Part shown: piece after piece, positions 25,401 through 37,400 of the stretch
Numbering within the stretch: the stretch's first letter is position 1
How the letters are laid out: each line of letters starts with the position of its first letter
NCBI RefSeq assembly: GCF_902459465.1
Contig: NC_047082.1
Span: forward strand, 9,796,001-9,860,000
DNA length: 64,000 nt
DNA from: Asterias rubens
Lineage: Eukaryota
Reading direction: 5' to 3'
The notes under the pieces: generated by a model
The model's input: the letters and a program-made list of their open reading frames with translations, nothing else
Database searches by the model: none
What the model was told of the DNA's origin: nothing
Program-made: the position numbers and the translations under genes

Positions 25401-28400
25401 GGTTACTTTCTTTGTGTGTATTGATTGTTGTGTGAGGTTTGCAGTAACACCTTGTGTAAACCTCTCAAGGACTAATTTTGATGTGTCTGTTTTTCTTTGT
25501 GTGTGTTTTTGGTTTTACTGCGCCTTGAGTGAGTTCTTAATTGGTCTCAACATTTCAACTAGCTTGCTCTAGTCATCGTTAGGAGAGACTGATTTTTTTA
25601 TTCTTGTTAATTCTGTACACAGCTCAGCTTCAGTCATGCTTGGAGGAAATCCGCAATGTAGTAGGAGATGCCATCCCTGAGCATGTCTTAGTAGAGACTG
25701 CCCTGGCGCACAAATTCAACTTTGAGAAAGCTCTGAATGCCATTCTTGATCACCAAGAGAGTGGAGGAGGCCAACAGAAGAGCAACAACAACATGGAGAC
25801 TCAGACAGGTGAACAAAGCTCAAGAACTTAAAACTTTGGGGATTCGATTACTCCGTTTTTAACAGGAAATCCCTTCTTTTTTTTAACCCCACCCCCAAAA
25901 AACAAAAACAAAAATTGTCTAATTCAACTTTTTTTTTTTTTTTCAAATTCATAAGAAAACCAATAATAATGCCACACTGAGTTTAAAGGATTTGGGTACC
26001 TTTTCAAAATGTCCATAGATTTACATTAAACTTACAGGGTTTGAAGATAATGATAGTGGAAAGCTTCCCTTCAAATGTTACTTACCGAGTTGCCGTAGTT
26101 TTTGAAAAATGAGTAAAACAATGTCATAAAAAACCGTTGGTAAATGATTAAAATAATTTTCGTCTCATGAGACGAAAATTATTTTCATGACATTGTTTTA
26201 CTCAGTCCCCCAAAACTACAGCACCTCAGCACGTAATATTTTCAGGGAAGCTTTCTACTATCATTATCTTCAAACCCTGTAAGTTTAGTTTAAATCTGTT
26301 TACATTGTGTTTTTTGTCCTACAAAAGTTATATACACCCTTTAAGACAACTGGAAGATTTCTAGCAAGGGAATAACCAACACCAAAAAATTACACTATTC
26401 GAAAATATAACTGATTTGCTCCTGCATGCTTTTAACAATCATCTAATAGAAGGCCCGCTTCTTGTTTTCTTCTTTCTTTTTCTTCTTCGTCACTGTTCAT
26501 CTTCTTTACCCGGTTCTGCTATGGTCTTTACCCATCTGGCATTGCTGTTGCTTGACATCCCTTGGCTATGGTAAGGTAAGGAGTTTGTGATTTTATGATA
26601 TTAAGGGAAAATGAAAAAAGGGAAAATGAAAAAAAAGAAATGAACATTAGCACCAGACCCAATGATCACTCTGATCCAGATGGGCTTTTAACTGAAAGAA
26701 ATCGTAAAACTAGTCCCTCTGGTACCATGCAAGTAGGCGGTTTGGCAGATGGCTCGAAAGAAGTTCAAAAAGCCTCCTCAAATGTTTTAGTTGCCCCCTT
26801 ATCCAATCTTGTTGGAGTCCGTCTTTCCCCCAGCTCTTTAAGTCGATGTAAAGCTGTAGCATCCTCAAATTTAGTCTCATCAGTGCCCCTCTCCGCTTTA
26901 GCTGCTTCCCATTTATCATCATCCCCAGCAGCAAGTGGTGCATCCCGAGGTCGGGGGCCATTGTCATTGTCCCAGTTGGCTGGTTCTCGTCTTGACGCAA
27001 CTAAAGCGTCTAGAGATAGGGACGTCTTGACAGGTTCCCTAACGGGTTTATCGTTACGTGATTTATCACAGCGTTCACTTTCCTCGACTCCACCTCGACA
27101 TTTCCCAGTGAAGCAGAACCTCCAGACTAATATCAATAGTAGAGGAGGCCACACTGGCGAAGAAGACCATCGAGGTATTTCTCTGTCGAGCTTAGCATCC
27201 TCGCATCTGTCATCAAACCCTCTGAATCTCAAACCATCCGGAACACCAGACTTTGGAAACAAAACTGATAGGTTTTCCACTCAAAGTTTAGCCTTTGACT
27301 CACGAATAGGAAGTGATTTGAAATCTATTGGACTCGGTAACCTTGTTGGAGGTTTAGGCGCCACCGTGAAGACTAAAGTGCCCGGTGCTATTAGGCCAAT
27401 GGATGGGGGTTTACAGCATGGCCACCCCGGAACCGTAGCAGGAAGTTCATTCCTTACACCGGGTATGTCCATATCCAGCTTAGCCTCGTCTCACCTCACT
27501 TCGAACCTTTCAAGATCGCAAGAAAAGTCAACGCTAGGATTTGGAACAGGGGGAAGCACCGCTGGTATCTCTTTGTCTGATTTAGCCACAACGCACCTAT
27601 CGTCAACCCCACCCTCACAGCTGTTTATCGGTGTGGCTTTGGAAAGTAGACACAAACACCAGTCTATGGTTTCTACGAGCCCTGCTGGGTCATCTCTTTT
27701 CAGACTAGCCACCAACCACTTGTCTCAGGCCCCTTCAACATCTACTGCATTTGCACTTCCTAGCGTCAGGGATACACATGACAAAAGGACGACTTTGCAA
27801 AACAGTCCGGTGAAAATGGAGCAAAATACAAGTGAATGGTTCCAGACTATTTCGTCGCACCAACCTCTGTCTGGATTTGAACCCGCAAGATTTGAAGCAC
27901 CTCCAGGTCTTCGCCCACTGACATATGAAACAGTGCCACCGTCTGAAGATGAACTAACACCGAGGGTACACACTCCACCTGGTTTCCAATCCAGGGAGTC
28001 TATCAAGATGGAAAGCACATCATCAGGTCTCACCACAAATATTGAAACTCAAGATACCTCAGTTATCCAAAAAATACAAGGGTTGCCGAAGTTCAAACAC
28101 TCTGCAAAACAATCAAAGAGTCTCATATTTTCAAAGCCCTCGGTCTTTGCGAGGACCCTGTGTGCCGAGTACATCAACCAATCACCACAGAGGATGAAAG
28201 TTGCCTCATGCATATTAAACAAGCTACATTCCAAGCCAATCAAACACAGGCAGTTCTCTTACCGGAGGCAGAAATCCTGGACCGAGAGTCCCGCAGATAA
28301 CAAAGAGGAAGTTGTCGTGTTTGACTTTTCGACCCCTTCCCCTGATGATGTTGTAAAACAGAGGCAATCAGGGGCGTTCGGTAGTGTACATAAGAGCAAA

Positions 28401-31400
28401 GGGAAGAAAAAGTAGCATAGATCTCATTGTTATTGTAATTATAATAATAATAATATTAAATTTGGTTTCTACCCATACACCGATGTGTGTTAGCACTGTA
28501 CCTTCCCGAGTCCTGTGAAAAAATATCACAGGCATGTTACTCGGGTGGGATTCGAACCCATGACCCCTGCAATTCTAGAGCAGTGTCTTACCAACTAGAC
28601 TACCGAGGTTGCCCAGTAGCTAGAGGCAGTTTAAATAATAATAATGACTCTTTATTCGCCTTTCCAAACAATGATCACTGCACTTCAAACTTTATTGCAG
28701 TAATTTATGCTTTAACGACTTTTATAAAATTCATCCATTTTGAATTGGTTTCCTCAAAACAATTTATTGAAACATCCTGAAGTTATTACAATTTGACCTA
28801 TGAATTCGTTGCAAATTTTTGTCTGCAAAAATTTAAGGGCTGTAAATTTGTATTTTAAAGGCAGAAGTTTGAAAAGAAATTATGATTGCATGATAAAATG
28901 ATTTAATTAAGGTGCATTTAAGTTGGTAATTAAGGTGAATGCACGGTGCTATGAATTTATAAAGCCTAAGAGAAAGACATGGTCAAAATGTGTGTTTTTT
29001 TTTGGGTTTTTTTTCAGTAAAAAACGCATGCTTACCTCCCGGTGCTTACTGTATGAAAATAACACTGTTTGAAAATCCATGGTGAACACTAAAATGGCCG
29101 CTTCTTTTCTTGCTAACCTTAGAAATACATGTATGCTCACGCCAATTTTCATGCTATAGGTACATGTAGCACGAAAATATGCTTATCGTTAAAGCTATTG
29201 GACCCTTTCGGTAAACAGTGTTGTCCAAGGCCCACACTTTGTGTACCACAACTTCTATATCAAACAACAAACCTGTGAAAATTTAGGCTCAATCGGTCAT
29301 CGGAGTCGGGAGAAAACAACGGAAAAACCCACCCTTGTTTCCGCGCATTTCGCCGTGTCATGACATGTGTTTAAAATAAATCCGTAATTCTCGTTAACGA
29401 GAATTTACATCGTTTTGCTGTTTTCTCAAAAAGTAAAGCATTTCATGGAATAATATTTCAAGAGAAGTCTTTCACCATTGCCTTCTGTAAACCCTGTAAG
29501 TTATTTGTAAATCTGTGAACTTTTTTTTTTTTTTTCTGAACCGAAAGGGTCCAAAAAAAAAAAAGGCTTTAAGTAGGGCTACGAAATTGGCCCCTGGTTG
29601 TCGCCATCACGCATCCTGCTCATTTCCTTCAGTGAGTTGGTTTTTTTCCTCGTGCGATTTGAAAGTGTCATTTATATATAATTGCACAGGCTGATTTGTA
29701 ATTTACCATTTCTTATGAAATATTGCTATGCAAAGAAATAATGTGCTTATTCGTCTAGATTTGTCTTAATTGAATATGAAGAGCTTGTAGTGATTGATTC
29801 ACTTGAATACATTTTTTTTTCATGAGGTTGATTGATTTAATTGTTTTGTTGATCAATTTATTGACTTATTGATTGATTGATTATTTATTGACTTATTGCT
29901 GGTTTTGATTTACCTTTACCCATTATTGCCTTCAGTGGTGGTCTGGGGGAAAAAAGCTTTTATTTGTCCAGATCAAACCCCAAACCATAGAAAAAGTTAA
30001 TTTTGATATTATGTATTCAGCGAGCGGTTTCCCTTGAATAGCAGGGCAAAATTTTTTGTAGCATTTAATGCTACAAAAAATGTATCAGTTGCAGTTGATT
30101 TACTACTCAATATTGGCATTCAGTATGCACAAAATCTGTCAGGTTGAAACTAACATTGTGCTGTGCAAAGTTGCTGGACGAAATCAATCCCTGACATGGT
30201 CGAGGGTGAAATCTAAGACCAATACTTAAAGAAATTATTATTGAGCAAGAGACTGAGACTGGAGTCCACGCTTTAGCAGGTAAGGATTGGGGTCTTCCAA
30301 CCCTGAGTAACACTTCTAAATGTGACCATGCACCACCAATAGGCTGTAAAGTTGCACTTGCACATTGCAGAGCCTATTAAATTGTTTGGGTTTTCAAGAA
30401 ATCTTTGAGAAATCTGAATAAAAATATATGTGGCTTTGAGAAATCATAACTTCGTCAAGAAAAGTCTGATTTAAAGGGGGATGGTATCATTTTGAAGCTG
30501 ATTACACACTCTCTCCAATAATGCATTAATCACATAACAGTAAAAGTGTCAACTTTACAGCCCATTGGTGGTGGATGGTCACAAATGGGTGTCGACAACT
30601 TCCTACTTTTAATACGTGTTAGTTTTGCATTGGGGATATAGTATAATTTGTATATATTACCATTACACCAAAGATGTGTTTTAAGCACTGTAAACTCGGT
30701 ACTTTCCCAAGTTGTGTGAACAAATCCACAGGCAAACTCACTCGGGATTCGAAGCCACAACCTTTGCATTGCTAAAACAGATGTCTCACAACTAGACCAC
30801 CGAGCTAGCCATGCATCTTGTAAATTTACTAAGTAGCAAACCGATCAGAATAATAATAATAACAATTTCTTATAAATTATAGCGCATTTCACAATAACCA
30901 TTTCAATGCGCTTTACAATAGTGTGGTCATTGGGCATATAACATTCCAGCTCCCCGGGGAGTGTACAACCTGGGCAACCGTACCACTCCAAAGGCTTTTT
31001 CATAAACGATATAAACCTCCACCCTCGCATGTACCCATTTATATCCCTAGGTAAAGAGAAGCAATTATAGTAAAGTATCTTGCTCAAGGACACAGGTGTC
31101 ACGACCAGGAACCGAACCCACACCCCGATGACTTAACCACCAGAACTTGAAATCGTTGCTCTTAATCACTCGGCCATGACACCCTATGTCTTGCAGGGAT
31201 GAGATTGGTCAGACTTTTGGCTGAATTCAGACCTTTTATGTCGGCCTGGTGAAGAAAAATCAGACAATATTTGTTCCCACAAGTAAAGAAATCCTGTTGA
31301 TTGGTCTACTTCTCTAGTGCTTTGGATACTTTTTCCAAAAGCTCCTTGAAATCTTATAACCCCCTGGGGAATACCAAACAGTAGAAAACGCATAATTTCA

Positions 31401-34400
31401 ACATACCTTTGAGTTTGTATCCAAGTTTCAGACTTTTTCGTTAGTAATGAGACTCGCCCCTGGTCATGGGATGCCTTGATGCTCCCCTGATGGGTGTGTC
31501 ACTGCCCCCGACTCTTTTAACCCTACCCTTCAATCACGTACAGCAGCAGCACCACCCAGGCAGCAGCAGCCTCCGTCGACCAAACCCAAACGCCCCATGC
31601 TGGGAGCCAACCCAGAAGACGACAAAGTGGCAGCCGTCACACCGGAGGTGGCCAAGATGAGCTTCCCATCCAAACAGGCCAAGAGAGGATTTGAACTGGG
31701 AGCCGTCCCAAGTGGAGATGTACGGAGAAAGAGTGCTTCACTAAGGCCTAAGCCAATGTCAGAGTGTATGGATGACATTTCGGATTTGCAAGTCAGAAGG
31801 TAGTTTTAAACACAATATCCTCTCACTTTAACGAAATGTTTGGACGATTTTTCTTTATATATTTTTTTTTAATTACCTAACTTGTTATGTGTAGAAATGT
31901 TAGTAAAGAACTTGTTTGGGTGGTTCTTATCTTAAAGCAATCGCTCAATTCTGTGACATGTCGGTCGAAAAGTAAATTTTAGATGATTGACTGTTAAAAT
32001 TCCAAATGCCTGAATTTTACTCTTTGTTTTTCTACAATTTTGGGGTTTTGCAGGACAAAATGTAGATGCTCTTTCTTACATGTAACAAACTCATCTCGGT
32101 TATAAAAAAAACCCATAAAATTACAAATCAATGGGAGACTTTCTGGGACGATAGAGGGCAGCAGACTTACCGGGTAAATCCATTGTTCTCAGAATTATGC
32201 GCATGTTCAGAACTACGTAAACAATGGAAATTTACCCGGTATGTCTGCTGCCACCTAGTGTTGGAAAGTCTCCCATTGGTCATCAAAAAAGCAAGATAAC
32301 AATGAAAGAATTTCATTTGTGTGTTTTTCTCATACTTGAGAAATCACCTCTCTCAAAAACTATGTTACTTCAGAGGGAGCTGTTTCTCTCACCATGTTTT
32401 ATACTAACAATTATTTTGAGTAGTTGCCAATCGTGTCCAGTGCCTTAAATAGTTGTTTGCATTAACGGGACTATTTTCTTGCAGTGAACACCAAGGAAAG
32501 CTTCCAACAGTTATGAGTGCCCCGGATCTGACGGCGATGGTTGGGTCAACATTTGCTCCTCCAGGGCTTCCTGTAATCCCTCAGAGAAAAGAGTCCAGAA
32601 CCTCCAAGATAGGGGTAAGTCTTGGAATACATTTGTCTAACCCGCATCCCTAGATAAGACATATCTGATAACCAAATTGAATTGAATTGAATTGAATGGT
32701 TTATTCGTCAAGTATATAAAAATACATGAAATTTACAATCCTAGATAATAGACATCTGAGCAGAATACAGGAACAATACATTTTTCTAACCCTCATCCCT
32801 CGATACGTCATGCCTGATAATTTTTAATTTTGCAGATAATAGACATCTCCACATAATACAGGAACAATACATTTTTCTAACCCTATCCCTGGATAAGACA
32901 TGTCTGATGAAAATAATAATAATAATTGGTTTTGTAAAGCACTTAATAAAACCAATTATTATTATTATTTTCATCGTCTCAAAGTGCCTCAATTATTATT
33001 ATTATTTTCATCGTCTCAAAGCGCCTCCAACATTAGTACTCCTGGTCACTGGGCCATTTAATTCTTTCTTTAAACCATCTCAGCTCCCTGGGAAGTTGCC
33101 TATACAGTTTGTGTTGGCAAATATGTAGCGCACTAACTTGACTAAGCTAAATCAATCACAAGAACCATCTCTGTCCTCACAGGTACCCGCTTACCCCTGG
33201 GTGAAGAGAAGCAATTATAGTTTTAAAGCGTCTTGCTCAAGGAGACAGGTGTCATGGCCGGGATTTGAACCCACACTCTGCTAAACTATGATTATTGTAC
33301 TTTTTGCAGACAATAGACATCTCTGCAGAATATAGGAAGAGGCAGGAGGGAAAACAGCTCATCAACTTGGTTGTGATTGGTCACGTAGATGCCGGTAAAT
33401 CAACATTAATGGGTCATCTCTTGTATCTGATTGGTCAGGTGAGTCTGTCTCCTTGTAGACCACAATCCCGGCCATATCTCGTTGGGCCTCCCTGCCCCCT
33501 TTCAATGTTGGTTCTGATTGCATGGGGCCAATTTCATAGAGCTGCTTAAGCAAAAAATTTGCTTAAGCACGAAAATAGCTCGCTTGATTTACACATGCTA
33601 CTGGCCAACATTTCATGCCATATACATTGCTTGTGACTGGTATTTAGCTGTTCTTTACTTAGCATAACAATTAAGTTGAGTCTTGGCCGGTAATCTGATT
33701 TTACAAAGCAAGGATTTTTTTGCTTAAGCAAAATTTTGTGCTTAAGCAGCTCTATGAAATTGGGCCATGGTCTTTTGCCTTGAGCGGGGAGATGGGGGCA
33801 AGGGGAGAGAATGATTATTGTTAGTGGGAAGTGGACAGGGAATGGTTGGGATTGGCATTTTGGCCGGGATTGCAGTATTAGGCTGTGTACGAAACGGCGA
33901 CTTCAGCTACAGCTACGGCTATATCAGATATTGTCTTGTACTTTGTTTTGTATTGTACTGTTTTGGCAATCAAAATAATATCAGTAATAATAATAATGTT
34001 TTCTCAATTCCTCCCTATCATACAGGTGAACCAGAGACAGATGCACAAGTATGAGCAAGAATCCAAGAAACAAGGCAAGGCATCATTTGCATATGCCTGG
34101 GTGCTGGATGAGACGGGTGAAGAAAGACAGAGGTATGAACATAGTCTTTAAAAAAAGTTATCATTATATGTGATGCGAGCCGTCAAAATGAGTCGTTTGT
34201 TGACACCGAAAAAATTAATGGGAAACGGTGTTTTGTGACTATATGTGCTACAGATTGTTTCACTTTGCTTCAAGTTTGTGTTTAGTGCAGTGTATAAAAC
34301 AGACGTTATGATGAGCAAGAAATGGTTGAATGCGATTGAGACCGGTTCATGCCACTTCAAACAAGTTCAATTCCCCCAGACAACTGCAAAACAAATCATA

Positions 34401-37400
34401 TATCCATGACAGAAGATCCAAAATCAGAGAAGCCATGCAGAATCTTGCATTTTGGGATTTCAAGTGAAAAAAACTATCAAAGCCTGCTCTTATTACATTT
34501 CTTTTTAGGGGGTTAGGGTTAGGATTCTGGAAGATCCAAAATTACAGAATTCTTACGAAATCTTGCATTTTGGGGCTTTCAATGTCAAAACGATTACCAG
34601 AACCTCCTCTCGTGACATTGCTTTTCAGGGGCATTACGATGGATGTAGGTTTAACCAGTTTTGAGACTCCTAATAGAACGGTGACCCTCCTCGACGCCCC
34701 CGGTCACAAAGACTTCATCCCCAACATGATCACAGGAGCTGCACAGGTTAGTATCTCTTGATCCTGAAACGGCATTTTTGTTTTCTCTTAAATGCACTGG
34801 ACATTATTGGTAATTTTTGAAAATAATTGTTAGCATAAGGAGCAATGGAGAGCTGTGGATGGTATAAAACATTGCAAGAAATGGCTCCCTCTGAAGTGGC
34901 GTAATTTTTTAGAAAAAGGGGTAATTTCTCGCTCTAATGTTTGAAGCCCTTTAGGCATCTGAAAGTTTTTTCTTTTATTATTCTCTCGCAACTTTGATGA
35001 CCAATTTAACTCAAATTTTCACAGATTTGTTATTGTATGCATATGTTGGGATACACCAAATAACCTGGTCTTTGACAAAATATCAAGAAAGGTGTTCGAT
35101 GCCTTTAATCTGGGGGTGATGTCTCGTCAGTTGTTCCTGAAAAACCACGACTGTATTCTAAGGCTTTATGATGTAGCCATCTTAAATACTCTGTTTAGTA
35201 GTAGAGACTGATTATAAAAAATTTTATTCAACATTAACTGGCTAATATTGTTCTATGTACAGTTCAGATGTTAATATATATTATATCTTCAGCATCCTCG
35301 AATATGATAAGTTTTGTTTCAACTCAACAACTATGCTCTACTCATCAGTAGAAGACTGAGAAAACCGTACGATTGTTCTATACCATTGATGTCTTTTCTC
35401 TTCCTTCTAGGCGGACGTAGCCATCCTGGTCGTCGACGCCACAAGAGGAGAATTTGAAACTGGATTTGATTCCGGTGGCCAGACAAGAGAACATGCCCTC
35501 CTGGTCCGATCGTTAGGGGTGACTCAGCTGGCTGTAGCCATTAATAAACTAGACACTGTGGGCTGGTCGGAGGTCAGGTTCAACGAGATTGTAGGCAAGC
35601 TGGGACATTTCTTGAAACAGGCTGGTTTTAAGGTAAGTGTTGGCAGCAATAATCTAGAACTCACTATAACGCTATAAAGCAAGACGAAAAGAGCTGCTCA
35701 AAATGTTTACTGGCGAAGAATTGTTCTAACAAGACCGTAACAGTTTAACTTGATCCCGTTTTTCTTTAAACAAGCATGGTATAAGAGAAGAATGATCCCA
35801 TATGTACAATTTTGAAATGCATTGTTTCAATTTGTTGTTTTAGGATTCCGATGTTCAGTTCATTCCCTGCAGTGGGTTAACGGGTGAAAACCTCAAAGAC
35901 AGAGCTAAAGAATCTGCCCTGACTGCGTGGTACAAAGGACAGTCACTTATGGAACGCATAGGTGAGGAAAAATAGTGAAACTGAAGTAGGTGCAGACTGA
36001 ATAGTAGCCTTTTGTTAAAGGCCTTTGTGGTTTGAACTGCCTCGTAGAGCTGCTATCCCAAGCAATTGAAAAGGGAGACCACTCGCGTGAGTCGAGTGGC
36101 AAAGGAGGGCCTTTTGCAACCTGTTTGCGCCTTCTTCTTTTGCGTATTCATATGAATTATGAATTATTCATAATTTGTCTGACATAATCTGTCTGACGAT
36201 TACCCAAACAAAACGCAGACTTTTCCCAAAAAACGTTTTATAAACGAATCCGAGGTGGATGATTGTTGTTTATCCAGGCAGTGTGCAAAATTTCTTAATG
36301 TATGCTGACCCGTTGACCCCGTCGCTTCTGATTGGTTTGGACATTTAGGAGCAAGTTCGAGTGTGCACAATGGTTAACTAAAAGTTGACCATTTGCACTC
36401 GAACCCAGGCTGGTCGACCATTGGTTGACTACTGTGGTCGACCATTTGGAACCAGCCTCGAGCCCATGGTTTCTTCACTGGTCCCAACAGCATGTTCCAT
36501 TCTAACATGTGTAAAGCGCAGAGGGGAACCCTCTAGACTAGACTTCCAAATGAGTCGTTCGAGTGGGTGCGACACTGCGCATGTACGTTGCTGGTCAGTA
36601 GTCAACCACGGGTCGACTAATTGTGCCCACTCGAACTTGCTCTAGGTTATCAAAAGTCAAGATGTATAAAGAAAAACTTAAGAAACCGCAATCAAGTTGT
36701 GAAAGGCTCACGTGCTACGCCACTCGGTGTGTGGTCTTCCTCGCAGTCACTTGGGATAGTGGCTCTATGAAGCTGTCCACACCATGAAGGCCTTGGCATA
36801 AGGCTAACTGAATAGTAGAGATAAATGCAGTCAGGCCTGATATTCTTTTCACTTAGATCGGTTTCCGGTTTCCTTTGTGGATGATAGTTGGAATTATTTT
36901 ATGAAAGCCACTGGGGTAAAATGGGTTTAACAATGTCCCTAAAGTGTGTTCATGGTGAATAATGATAGCTTTGTTTCTTGTTATCCAGACTGTCTGAAAG
37001 CTCCAAAGAGACCTGTTGACAAATCTTATCGGCAATGTGTATCGGATGTATTTAAAGGTAAACCAATTATTATACTTTCTTATTTAGTTCCAGGTTTGGA
37101 ACAAGAAGTTTGTTTTTCTGAAAAGAAATTTGAACCTTTGCAATTCTAGAGCTGTTTCTTACCAACTAGACCACCGAGATTGCCCGTAGCTAGAAGCAGT
37201 TCGAATCCCATATTTTACCAGCGGTTACCGCAACAATTTGGTTTGTGGTTTCGAATCCCACCTATATGCCTGTGAGTTTTTTCACAGAGCTCGGTAAAAG
37301 GTCCACTGAGTTTACAGTGTTAATACACATTGGTGTATATGGGTAAAGCCAAAATTATTATTTTTTATCCCCCATTTTTGTTTTTTTTATGCAAGTGGCC

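Noticed and set aside
26450-26575. Pyrimidine-rich block with GTAAG donors just before the Ski7-like exon (a hydrophobic 40-codon frame)
   Set aside because: It is in a different frame from the large ORF, there is no plausible downstream acceptor, and the minus-strand frames have stops.
26710-28243. Several minus-strand ORFs opposite the large HBS1L exon, and antisense ORFs over the cupin and HAD exons
   Set aside because: They are shadow frames of real coding sequence.
30100-31290. Possible extra HBS1L cassette exons (donor CAG|GTAAGG at 30279; 31197-31283)
   Set aside because: They have stops in the required frames and no homology, and the gene model closes in phase without them. A poison-exon role cannot be excluded without RNA data.
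34510-34523. TTAGGG-like telomeric motif
   Set aside because: Only about two units, as expected by chance.
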